DNA of 33,774 nucleotides from Minisyncoccota bacterium (GCA_040899895.1 JBBDZW010000023.1:1-33774), one strand, 5' to 3'. Positions 17,102 to 24,753 are shown, numbered from the stretch's first letter. The notes: generated by a model from the sequence alone, not told the origin. Made by a program: numbers and translations.

Positions 17102-17731
17102 TTATATCCCAAGCTTTCTGGCTATAAAATCTACGAGCGATTGTTCATGAATTTTTTCCGGAACGAAATTTACCATTAAAGAGCGGATTTCTATCGGGTC
17201 TTCCTTCTCTAACGATACTTTGATGTGCGGTAAATACCAATTTTTAGACTCAAGGCTTATCTCTTTGAGTCCATTAGGATTATAGTCTATCCAGAAAGAT
17301 TTGAGCTCTTTATAATAATATGTTTTTTCGTTAATTGAAACCCCGGCCTGGTCAACCTTGACCTTCGAAATATCCGGCCTCTTGTTGGCATACAGAACCA
17401 GCACTAAGGACGATAGCATCAGGAATATGGCCAGAAGCATGTCTTGGTGATAGGAAAGAAGCGTCACCGCTCCAGCCACAAGGGCGATTACAATCATTGC
17501 CAAGTATTTTTTCTGGGGATTGTAGTAAAAAGATGGGGCTTCCCAGAGGAAGCTTGGAGGGGACTTGGCGAAATCCGGTTCCGGCGGCGGGGTCGGTTCG
17601 ATTATTTCCGCCCGAGGCGCTTCTGCTACTGTCGGAGGCGGGGTGACGACCTTTGGAGCGGTCTCCTCGGCCACCTTTGTAGGTTCCTCCGCCTTTTTTT
17701 TGTGCTTTTTTAGGTCTACTATGTAGGTCAT
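17102..17731 (-). CDS. Hypothetical membrane protein (Pro-rich N-terminus, two TM helices, C-terminal globular domain)
   Basis: The ORF has TM segments YLAMIVIALVAGAVTLLSY and LLAIFLMLSSLVLVLY. I recognise no family. Confidence 0.55.
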   Translation of the reverse strand: MTYIVDLKKHKKKAEEPTKVAEETAPKVVTPPPTVAEAPRAEIIEPTPPPEPDFAKSPPSFLWEAPSFYYNPQKKYLAMIVIALVAGAVTLLSYHQDMLLAIFLMLSSLVLVLYANKRPDISKVKVDQAGVSINEKTYYYKELKSFWIDYNPNGLKEISLESKNWYLPHIKVSLEKEDPIEIRSLMVNFVPEKIHEQSLVDFIARKLGI

Positions 17732-17762
17732 TGAAGTTGGACTTAAACTTGGCGGTGTTTTT

Positions 17763-17852
17763 TGGCGGAGAGGGTGAGATTCGAACTCACGGTAGGGTTA
17801 CCCCTACGCCGCATTTCAAGTGCGGTGCGTTAGACCACTCTGCCACCTCTCC
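17763..17852 (-). tRNA. tRNA-Ser (anticodon UGA), CCA encoded
   Basis: The reverse complement is GGAGAGGTGGCAGAGTGG...CCGCA-CTTGAAA-TGCGG, followed by the long variable arm CGTAGGGGTAACCCTACC, then GTGAGTTCGAATCTCAC-CCTCTCC-G-CCA. Confidence 0.9.
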
Positions 17853-17901
17853 AGCAGTCATTTTACCAGTTTTGGGGGCAAATTTCCAGATGAGAACTGA
17901 T

Positions 17902-17992
17902 TGGCGGTGAGGGTGGGATTCGAACCCACGGGCCCCTTGCGGAGCAAATCGCTTTCGAGGCGATCCCGTTATGACCACTTCGGTACCTCACC
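17902..17992 (-). tRNA. tRNA-Ser (anticodon CGA), CCA encoded
   Basis: The reverse complement is GGTGAGGTACCGAAGTGG...ATCGC-CTCGAAA-GCGAT, followed by a long variable arm, then GTGGGTTCGAATCCCAC-CCTCACC-G-CCA. Confidence 0.9.
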
Positions 17993-18213
17993 AACTAACA
18001 CAGTAAAGCTGACATATTATAACATTAAGCCGGCTTCTTATCCACACCTGATCATTGCTGAAACAGTTCAAACTCGAGTAAAATTAATGTATATGAATCC
18101 CGAACGAAGTCGCCCTAACGGGTAAAACGAGCGGGATACGAGATAAATTAACTATGGCTGTTCTGCGCACATAACGGTCGTTATGAAACTGCGCAGCAGC
18201 TACTTCGTACGGG

Positions 18214-18690
18214 ATGAAAAAAAATCAATGGCTCCTTTTGTTAGTAGTCGCGTTGGTGGCAGCTCTTGGATACTGGTTAATGGTAAAAGGGGATAAGTTG
18301 AGTGATCTGGGATCTTCTGCAACTCCTTCTGTGTCGGTGGGTCCAACTAAGGCTCCCGCAAAAGTAGGAGCTACGGCTTCTCCTGTAGCTGGTTCAACCA
18401 AGTCTTACACCGAATTGGTCAAGGAATACGATGGCAGAAGGATACAGTTCAACCAGGACTGCGCAGCCATTCCCAATTACATAACATATAAGAACGGAAC
18501 AAGCATTATGATTGATAATCGTTCCGGTGATGCCAGAATCGTTAAGGTGGGCAGTAATTCTTACAGTTTGCAGGGCTATGGTTATAGAATAATAACTCTT
18601 TCCAGCAATTCATTACCGCAAGAACTATTTTTAGACTGCGGTTCAGCGGTTAACGTCGGTAAGATACTCTTGCAAGCCAAGCTGTACTAA
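18214..18690 (+). CDS. Hypothetical secreted/membrane-anchored protein
   Basis: It has an N-terminal signal/anchor WLLLLVVALVAALGYWLMV and a Ser/Ala/Pro-rich linker. I recognise no family. Confidence 0.55.
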   Translation: MKKNQWLLLLVVALVAALGYWLMVKGDKLSDLGSSATPSVSVGPTKAPAKVGATASPVAGSTKSYTELVKEYDGRRIQFNQDCAAIPNYITYKNGTSIMIDNRSGDARIVKVGSNSYSLQGYGYRIITLSSNSLPQELFLDCGSAVNVGKILLQAKLY

Positions 18691-18706
18691 GCTTAGGCAA
18701 TTAAAA

Positions 18707-18722
18707 ACGGCCTTTTGGCCGT
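18707..18722. terminator. Short bidirectional hairpin between convergent genes
   Basis: ACGGCC-TTTT-GGCCGT is flanked by an A-run upstream and T-rich sequence downstream. Confidence 0.4.
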
Positions 18723-18744
18723 CACCCGTTTTGTTAAAACGGTG

Positions 18745-18945
18745 TTAGATTTTTTCTGCGCAACTCTTACAAAGCTGGCCGCATCCCTCAATATAGTTTT
18801 CTCTTTCGTCAATTGGTGTGGTTTTAAGGTAGGGGGTTGGTCCATTGCACATAACGCAGAATTCAATCATTGGTTCGTCGGTCTTTTTGTGGTGTTCTTG
18901 GCAATCCACACAGAAACAATGGATGCCGTGGTTTGGCAAAGGCAT
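18745..18945 (-). CDS. Small Cys-rich (zinc-ribbon-like) protein, 66 aa
   Basis: Eight Cys residues include the CxxC pairs CVDC, CVMC and CKSC. Its start shares nt 18945 with the stop of the upstream ORF. Confidence 0.45.
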   Translation of the reverse strand: MPLPNHGIHCFCVDCQEHHKKTDEPMIEFCVMCNGPTPYLKTTPIDERENYIEGCGQLCKSCAEKI

Positions 18946-19196
18946 TAGATTTTCTTGTCTCTTTTTCTGCGGGCAGTTTTCTTTTCCAAAAGTGTTAGAT
19001 GTTCTTCGTGTGGTTCAAGAGTACCCGCTTCATTGTGGGCCAATCCAAGAAGTCTCATAACGGCTTCCAACTCGTTGACGGCGAATTCTCCAAGAGACAT
19101 GCTTTTTATCTTTTTTCTCAATTCCGCTCTACGATGCAATTTTCTGTCATGTTTTTCAGCCCCGGCGGGGTCCATTTCTCTCCAGTAGTGGCCCAT
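18945..19196 (-). CDS. Small basic helical protein, 83 aa
   Basis: The ORF has a highly basic C-terminus (KKTARRKRDKKI) and is translationally coupled to the Cys-rich ORF. I recognise no family. Confidence 0.45.
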   Translation of the reverse strand: MGHYWREMDPAGAEKHDRKLHRRAELRKKIKSMSLGEFAVNELEAVMRLLGLAHNEAGTLEPHEEHLTLLEKKTARRKRDKKI

Positions 19197-19386
19197 ATTT
19201 GTACTCTCATTGGTAATTAACTACCAAGCAAAATACACCAATAGTGTGTATTTTGCAAGAATACCAAATGAGTCCGGCAAAGTATGTTTATGTTGGCCTT
19301 CGACAAGCGCTTCGTCGTGAGCTCAGCACCGAACGGCTCAGGCCACTTCGCCTCGGCTCGCACTGAGCGAGCGAAGCGAGTCGAAG

Positions 19387-19406
19387 TGTTGCGGGGGTGG
19401 GATTCG
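19387..19406 (-). repeat. Inverted 20-nt copy of the tRNA-fMet 3' end (T-loop to discriminator)
   Basis: The reverse complement of 19387-19406 is CGAATCCCACCCCCGCAACA, identical to 20422-20441. Confidence 0.85.
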
Positions 19407-19407
19407 G

Positions 19408-20088
19408 CTACAACCTCGGTATTGTTAAAAAACGGTCGGTTAAGGCATTCAATTTATATAATAAATTTGTGCTCTTTTTGATTCGAAAATCCATAGTTCC
19501 ATAATAAGTATTGTGGTTTTCGTATTTCTTGGCTGGCCTTGTTTTAACATATCTAATATTCGTAAAATTCTTTGGTTTTGTTCTTAGATATCGTCTCCAG
19601 AAAGAAACTATTTCTTTCTCGCGGTTTTTGTGTATGGCATTGATATGTATAGAGAACTTAATGTCCATATTATTTATATTATAAAAACGGCGAAACCAGT
19701 CTATCATAAATCTAATAATCTTTTTGTTACTATTAGTAAATTGAACTGTTCCGTATGTCTTTGTGCCTTCCGCAAGATACAAGGCCAATCCTGTCATAAA
19801 GAATTCCCTTTCAGATAATTTATTAAGTTTCTTTGCCTCTTGAACTGCTATTTTTATCGCATTTATTCTTTTCATTTTCTGAAAATTAGCGCCCTTTAAT
19901 CGTCCCTGCAAAATCAAATGCCCCTTTTCGCTTAAGATCTTATTTAGTTGCTGCTCAGTTAACTTGATATCTCTGCACCAGAGGCTAATAGTACTTTGGG
20001 ATACTCCTATTATCTTGGATATGTCTTTGACGCTTTTCCCTGAACTTCTTAATTTCCGAGCCTTAATTTTTAAATCCGATTTAGCCAT
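19408..20088 (-). CDS. Free-standing HTH plus single-LAGLIDADG-motif homing-endonuclease-like protein
   Basis: The N-terminus has a resolvase-type HTH (GKSVKDISKIIGVSQSTISLWC). The central LAGLIDADG-like motif is FFMTGLALYLAEGTK. The ORF lies 79 nt from the intron-containing tRNA-fMet, on the opposite strand. Confidence 0.7.
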   Translation of the reverse strand: MAKSDLKIKARKLRSSGKSVKDISKIIGVSQSTISLWCRDIKLTEQQLNKILSEKGHLILQGRLKGANFQKMKRINAIKIAVQEAKKLNKLSEREFFMTGLALYLAEGTKTYGTVQFTNSNKKIIRFMIDWFRRFYNINNMDIKFSIHINAIHKNREKEIVSFWRRYLRTKPKNFTNIRYVKTRPAKKYENHNTYYGTMDFRIKKSTNLLYKLNALTDRFLTIPRL

Positions 20089-20127
20089 ATGTAGTTATAC
20101 TACATTATACGGCAATTGCTTTTTATT

Positions 20128-20157
20128 TTGAAGTTGCGATTTGTTTATAAGTATAAT
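20128..20157 (+). promoter_or_regulatory. Candidate promoter for tRNA-fMet
   Basis: TTGAAG (20128-20133), an 18-nt spacer, then TATAAT (20152-20157). The tRNA 5' end is at 20168. Confidence 0.45.
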
Positions 20158-20167
20158 ATTATTAAAT

Positions 20168-20439
20168 CGCGGGGTAGAGCAGCGGCAGCTCGTCAGGCTC
20201 ATAATCAAATTGTGACCTATCATAGTAATATGATATGGAAAACTCTCTAAACTGCTGGAAACCCTAATTCACATGAATGGGCAATCAGCAGCGAAATCCT
20301 GAGTTAACCGAAGGAGACGTTCAGAGACTATAATGGGAGCATCCGCCGGTCGGCGGATGATGGTATAGTCCGACACTGTCAGTAATGGCAGCCAACAGTC
20401 AGAACCTGGAGGTCGTGGGTTCGAATCCCACCCCCGCAA
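20168..20439 (+). tRNA. Initiator tRNA-fMet (anticodon CAU) interrupted by a group I intron; CCA not encoded
   Basis: Exon 1 is CGCGGGGTAGAGCAGCGGCAGCTCGTCAGGCTCAT. Exon 2 is AACCTGGAGGTCGTGGGTTCGAATCCCACCCCCGCAA. The joined exons closely resemble E. coli tRNA-fMet, including the C1xA72 mismatch. Confidence 0.9.
20203..20402 (+). ncRNA. Group I intron (IC3-like, ORF-less, 200 nt) in the tRNA-fMet anticodon loop
   Basis: The 5' exon ends in U (CAU|) and the intron ends in G (20402). A GTGAC internal guide candidate lies at 20212-20216. The motifs GGAAACCCTAA, TCAGAGACTA and ATAGTCCGAC parallel cyanobacterial tRNA introns. GACTA and TAGTC can form P7. Confidence 0.8.
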
Positions 20440-20516
20440 CATTCGGAACCCAAAATCCCCATAATGGGGACTTTGGTTTCATTGCCAATTCACCGGATTA
20501 GATTTAGATTTAGGAT

Positions 20517-20816
20517 ATGGAAAAACCGATACCGCTTTCTGAAGAGGAGATATTGGCCAGACTGAAAACTCTGCCTGGCTGGACCTATGCCGATAACAAA
20601 ATAAAAAAGGAATTCAAATTCCCCGATTTTATGAACGGTCTGAATTTTATAAATAAGATGGCCCCATATTTCGAGAAAATGGACCACCATCCGGATATGC
20701 ACATTTTTTACAACAAGATATTGTTCGAACTCCAGCGTTTTGATATCGGCGGAAAGGTGACCGACAAAGATTTCGAAGTCGCCGCCGAGATCGAGCACGA
20801 ATACAGCCAAAAATAG
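20517..20816 (+). CDS. phhB: Pterin-4-alpha-carbinolamine dehydratase
   Basis: The ~99-aa length fits. The motifs LPGW, F.F.DF..(A/G).F...(V/M)A...E...HHPD match the PCD/DCoH family. Confidence 0.85.
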   Translation: MEKPIPLSEEEILARLKTLPGWTYADNKIKKEFKFPDFMNGLNFINKMAPYFEKMDHHPDMHIFYNKILFELQRFDIGGKVTDKDFEVAAEIEHEYSQK

Positions 20817-20818
20817 CG

Positions 20819-20847
20819 TTGACTACGACCCGTTTTGAGTGTATGAT
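20819..20847 (+). promoter_or_regulatory. Candidate promoter for tRNA-Met
   Basis: TTGACT (20819-20824), a 17-nt spacer, then TATGAT (20842-20847). It lies 26 nt upstream of the tRNA. Confidence 0.4.
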
Positions 20848-20873
20848 TTTTAGGTTAATTATCTAAATATCAG

Positions 20874-20946
20874 GTCGGCGTAGCTCAGTGGTTAGAGCGG
20901 AGCCCTCATAAAGCTCAGGTCGCAGGTTCAATCCCTGCCGCCGACA
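20874..20946 (+). tRNA. tRNA with CAU anticodon (elongator Met, or Ile2 if lysidinylated); CCA not encoded
   Basis: It folds as GTCGGCG-TA-GCTC-AGTGGTTA-GAGC-G-GAGCC-CTCATAA-AGCTC-AGGTC-GCAGG-TTCAATC-CCTGC-CGCCGAC-A. Pair 1-72 is a standard Watson-Crick pair, so this is not an initiator. Confidence 0.85.
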
Positions 20947-20953
20947 CAATTAA

Positions 20954-22237
20954 ATGGAAAAAAATTTATTCGACTACAAATTCTATCAACTCGACTCCGG
21001 TCTGCGTTTGGTTTGCGTTCCAATGAAAGGAACAATGACGGCCACGGTAATGGTAATGGTCGGCACGGGTTCAAAATATGAGTCGAAAGACATAAACGGC
21101 ATATCCCATTTCCTTGAGCATATGATGTTCAAAGGTACGACCAAAAGGCCTGGCAAGCTCGATATTTCCAGGGAACTGGAATCTATCGGCGCCCAGTTCA
21201 ATGCGATGACAAGCAAGGAATGGACCGGATATTACGCCAAGGCCAGCGCCGCAAAAGTTGATGTCATAATGGATGTCGTATTCGACATATTCCTGAACTC
21301 CAAATTCAACGAAGAGGCGATACAAACAGAAAGGCATGTCATCGTTGAAGAGATAAATATGTACAATGACGATCCGCCCAGGTATGTGGGGGAGAGGTTC
21401 GAGAAGCTTCTTTACGGGGATCAGCCGGCTGGATGGGACATAGCCGGCGAAAAAGAGACCGTCCTCAATTTGAAGTGCGACGATTTTGTCCGCTACTTTG
21501 ATACTCATTATATTGCCGAGAACACGGTGGTGGCCGTTGCCGGCAACATCGACCCGGAAGTCATAAAAAGAAAAGTTGCCGGACATTTTGAGCAGATAAG
21601 GCACGGAAAGAGATTTGGGAAACCTGCGGTTATAGAGAAGCAGGATGGCCCGGCGCTTGATATAATCTACAAAGCTACCGACCAAACCCATTTTGTCTTG
21701 GGTTTCCGTTCTTTCGATATGTTCGACGAGCGGCGTTATGCCTTGTCGGTTTTAGGAAGCGTGCTTGGCGGAGGTATGAGCTCACGCCTATTCGACGAGG
21801 TGAGAGAGAAGCGAGGCCTGGCCTATTATGTTTCAGCCGGCCAGCAGCCCTATACGGACAGCGGTTATTTTGCCGTTAGTGCCGGAGTTAATAATGAACG
21901 CGCTCTCGAAGGAGTCCAAGTTGTGCTTGACGAGATAAGAAAGGTCAAAAAAGAGGGGATAACCCCCACAGAGTTGCAGCAGGCAAAAGATAAAGCGGTC
22001 GGCAGGACGGCTTTGGCTCTTGAGCACTCCGATTATATAGCCGAAACGGTTGCCGAAAGCTTGATATTCCACGGCAAAATTTTGACACCAGAAGAGGAGC
22101 TCGATAAAATTAAGAAAGTCACCCTTGCGGATGTAATGCAGGTGGCATCCGATATCTTTGACGTCTCAAGATTAAATCTCTCCCTGATCGGCCCGTTCAA
22201 AGAAATCGAGCCGTTTAAGAAGATTTTGAAATTATAA
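20954..22237 (+). CDS. M16 family (pitrilysin/insulinase-like) zinc peptidase
   Basis: The inverted zinc motif HxxEH is present (HFLEHMMFKGT). The ~427-aa two-domain layout fits the family. Confidence 0.9.
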   Translation: MEKNLFDYKFYQLDSGLRLVCVPMKGTMTATVMVMVGTGSKYESKDINGISHFLEHMMFKGTTKRPGKLDISRELESIGAQFNAMTSKEWTGYYAKASAAKVDVIMDVVFDIFLNSKFNEEAIQTERHVIVEEINMYNDDPPRYVGERFEKLLYGDQPAGWDIAGEKETVLNLKCDDFVRYFDTHYIAENTVVAVAGNIDPEVIKRKVAGHFEQIRHGKRFGKPAVIEKQDGPALDIIYKATDQTHFVLGFRSFDMFDERRYALSVLGSVLGGGMSSRLFDEVREKRGLAYYVSAGQQPYTDSGYFAVSAGVNNERALEGVQVVLDEIRKVKKEGITPTELQQAKDKAVGRTALALEHSDYIAETVAESLIFHGKILTPEEELDKIKKVTLADVMQVASDIFDVSRLNLSLIGPFKEIEPFKKILKL

Positions 22238-22238
22238 T

Positions 22239-23288
22239 ATGGCAGAACACGGACACATTCACATAGAAATAAACACCGGGACTATCATCAGGACTGTTTT
22301 GGTCATACTTTTCTTTGTGTTTCTTTACATTCTTAAAGATGTTTTTATTATTTTCCTGTTTGCTTTGATAATCGCATCGGCAATCTCTCCTTTTGCAAAT
22401 TGGCTTGAAAGTAAGGGTTTTCCGCGCTTGTTTGGCGTGCTGTTGTTGTTTCTGATCGTTCTGGGTTTGGTGGTCTTTCTCCTGTCTCTTATAGTTCCTT
22501 TCATTTCCCAGGAGGTTAGCCAACTTTTGGTTGCTCTTCCCGAAACTTTGGCCAAAGTTTCATCTTCTTTGGAACAAGCCCAGGCGGGCGCGCCCAGTTA
22601 TTTGAATTTTGTGAGCGAGATACAGAACATCTTGGAAGGCTTCTCCTCATATCTCCAGCAATCGGCCCAATCGGGTGTGGGTTTGGTTGTCAGCATTTTC
22701 GGCGGAGTGATGTCGTTTGTCGCCATATTAATAATTTCTTTCTACCTTTCGGTGACCAAGAATGGTATCCAGAATTTCCTTGGCTCTATAATTCCTGAAA
22801 AATACGAATCCTATGCCGTTGATTTGTGGAAGCGATCAGAGATTAAGGTCGGTCGTTGGCTGCAGGGCCAGCTTCTACTTGGGCTTATAGTGGGCCTTGT
22901 CGTATATGTCGGTCTTTCTCTTATGGGAGTAAAGTACGCTCTGGTTCTTGGCCTGCTGGCTGCCATATTGGAGATAGTTCCGATTGTTGGGCCTGTCCTC
23001 GCTGCCATTCCTGCCGTATTCTTGGCATTTCTCCAAGCGCCATCTTTTGGTCTTTGGGTGCTATTATTTTATGTTGTGGTCCAACAGCTTGAGAACCATT
23101 TGCTGGTACCGCTGGTTCTGGGGAAAATAGTCGGCCTTAACCCCGTCGTTGTTATTATCGCTCTTCTTGTCGGCCTGCAGCTCGCCGGAATTCCAGGCAT
23201 GATCCTCTCCGTCCCATTGGCAACGGTCATTGTTGAGATGTTGGATGATTTTGCCCGGCAAAAAGAATCTCGCCGTCTCTCCGCTTAA
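22239..23288 (+). CDS. AI-2E family transporter (UPF0118/PerM-like permease)
   Basis: About eight TM helices are present. The C-terminal conserved region EIVPIVGPVLAAIPAV...QQLENHLLVPLVLGK fits the family. Confidence 0.85.
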   Translation: MAEHGHIHIEINTGTIIRTVLVILFFVFLYILKDVFIIFLFALIIASAISPFANWLESKGFPRLFGVLLLFLIVLGLVVFLLSLIVPFISQEVSQLLVALPETLAKVSSSLEQAQAGAPSYLNFVSEIQNILEGFSSYLQQSAQSGVGLVVSIFGGVMSFVAILIISFYLSVTKNGIQNFLGSIIPEKYESYAVDLWKRSEIKVGRWLQGQLLLGLIVGLVVYVGLSLMGVKYALVLGLLAAILEIVPIVGPVLAAIPAVFLAFLQAPSFGLWVLLFYVVVQQLENHLLVPLVLGKIVGLNPVVVIIALLVGLQLAGIPGMILSVPLATVIVEMLDDFARQKESRRLSA

Positions 23289-23291
23289 ATC

Positions 23292-23963
23292 ATGCTCTAT
23301 ATCGTCGCTACTCCTATCGGCAATTTGGAAGATATTTCACTGCGGGCAATAAGCGTTTTAAGCAATGCGGATTTAATTTTGGCCGAAGATACGAGGGTAA
23401 CAAAAGTTCTGTTAGATAGATACAACATTAAAAAAGATGTATTAAGCTATCACGAACATAGCGGGTTGAAAAAGTTAGACAAAATAATCGAGCTGTTAAA
23501 GAATAACAAAAATCTTGCGCTGGTTACCGATGCAGGCACTCCCGGAATAAGCGATCCGGGAAGTTATTTAATCAGTGAAGTGCTCAAGTATCTGCCTGAT
23601 CTTAAAATAGTTCCTGTTCCAGGCGCAAATGCCGCGATAGCAGCTTTATCTATTAGCGGTTTTTATTCCGACGAATTTGTTTTTTTGGGTTTTCCTCCGC
23701 ACAAGAAAGGCCGCCAGACATTTTTTAAAAAAATAGGCAAAACACCCGAAACAATTGTTTTTTATGAATCAAAGCATAGAATACTGAAAGCACTTCAAGA
23801 ACTTAAAGAAATATCAGAAACAGGAGACAGACCGATTGTAGTTGCTCGCGAACTGACTAAGCAGTTTGAAACGATATATAGAGGAACAGCCGAAGAGATT
23901 TTGGAAAAATTAAATAAAACACAAGTTTTAGGAGAGTTTGTGGTAATAATAAGGGCTAAATAA
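23292..23963 (+). CDS. rsmI: 16S rRNA (cytidine1402-2'-O)-methyltransferase
   Basis: The N-terminal LYIVATPIGNLEDISLRA...AEDTR and DAGTPGISDPG motifs belong to the tetrapyrrole-methylase-fold RsmI family. Confidence 0.9.
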   Translation: MLYIVATPIGNLEDISLRAISVLSNADLILAEDTRVTKVLLDRYNIKKDVLSYHEHSGLKKLDKIIELLKNNKNLALVTDAGTPGISDPGSYLISEVLKYLPDLKIVPVPGANAAIAALSISGFYSDEFVFLGFPPHKKGRQTFFKKIGKTPETIVFYESKHRILKALQELKEISETGDRPIVVARELTKQFETIYRGTAEEILEKLNKTQVLGEFVVIIRAK

Positions 23964-23964
23964 T

Positions 23965-24753
23965 ATGTTTGAAAAACTGACAACACAAGAGGAAAAGCCA
24001 GTTGAAGCAGAAAAAGAAATTCGACTTGAAGAGGTGGCCGAATTGGAAAAACCAATAAAGAAAATAATAGAGAAGATAAAAGACAGGATTGAGAATGGCG
24101 AATACGGATTAATTATAGGCGATGATGCTTCGGGCAGAATTCCAGCAAGGATTTTGGGAGATTTTATTAGAGAAATTTCAAAAATCAAGGGACTTTATCA
24201 GCCTAATACCATATTTATACCGAGTAAATTACAAAAAGGAGGGTGGTTTTTCAAAGAGAAAGAAAATCAACAAGATAAATTTGAGCAGCATATTTCAAAA
24301 TTCGGTGCTGTGCCAAACAAGAAGATTTTGATAATCACGGATACGGTTTTCTCGGGAGAATCTCTTAAGGTATTAACCAGTTTAATCAGAAATGCCGGTT
24401 ATGATTTGGACATAGCTACAATCGGCCAAGAGTTTGATGGTCCTTTGGGCCGTCCCGACGCTTTTCCGGAAGAAAATTTAAGAGGAGCCCAAATAATTTC
24501 CGGAGAGTTTGAGATGTCAGAAGAACAAAAACAAAAAACAGGATGGGCTCACACCCCCAAAATATACGCGAATAAAAAAATGAGCGGAGTTTTTAAATCC
24601 GGTTTTAAGTCAAGAAAATTAGCTGATAGTAATTATACTTCGGATTTGGAGCGCGACCAAATTCAATATAGTATTGAACAATCAAGAGTAGATGCCAAAA
24701 AAATGACAAACAGACTTGTGGACTGGTATCTACAATTACAAAATGAAAAATAA
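23965..24753 (+). CDS. Phosphoribosyltransferase-like protein (function unknown)
   Basis: The PRPP-loop-like KILIITDTVFSGESL and the N-terminal LIIGDDASGRIPA resemble a type I PRTase fold. Confidence 0.5.
   Translation: MFEKLTTQEEKPVEAEKEIRLEEVAELEKPIKKIIEKIKDRIENGEYGLIIGDDASGRIPARILGDFIREISKIKGLYQPNTIFIPSKLQKGGWFFKEKENQQDKFEQHISKFGAVPNKKILIITDTVFSGESLKVLTSLIRNAGYDLDIATIGQEFDGPLGRPDAFPEENLRGAQIISGEFEMSEEQKQKTGWAHTPKIYANKKMSGVFKSGFKSRKLADSNYTSDLERDQIQYSIEQSRVDAKKMTNRLVDWYLQLQNEK

Noticed and set aside
17787-18125. ORFs 17787-17978 (-) and 17901-18125 (+).
   Set aside because: They overlap the two tRNA-Ser genes and are read-through artefacts of tRNA sequence.
20440-20516. Hairpin AACCCAAAATCCCCATAATGGGGACTTTGGTTT downstream of tRNA-fMet, considered as a possible attachment site or second intron remnant.
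   Set aside because: It behaves as a simple imperfect terminator-like stem-loop after the tRNA, and no repeat partner was found in the window.
21071-21691. 206-aa minus-strand ORF inside the M16 peptidase gene. Similar cases are 29070-29747 (-) inside leuS/KH and 2874-3287 (-) inside polA.
   Set aside because: These are antisense shadows of well-supported genes, with no motifs or translation signals.
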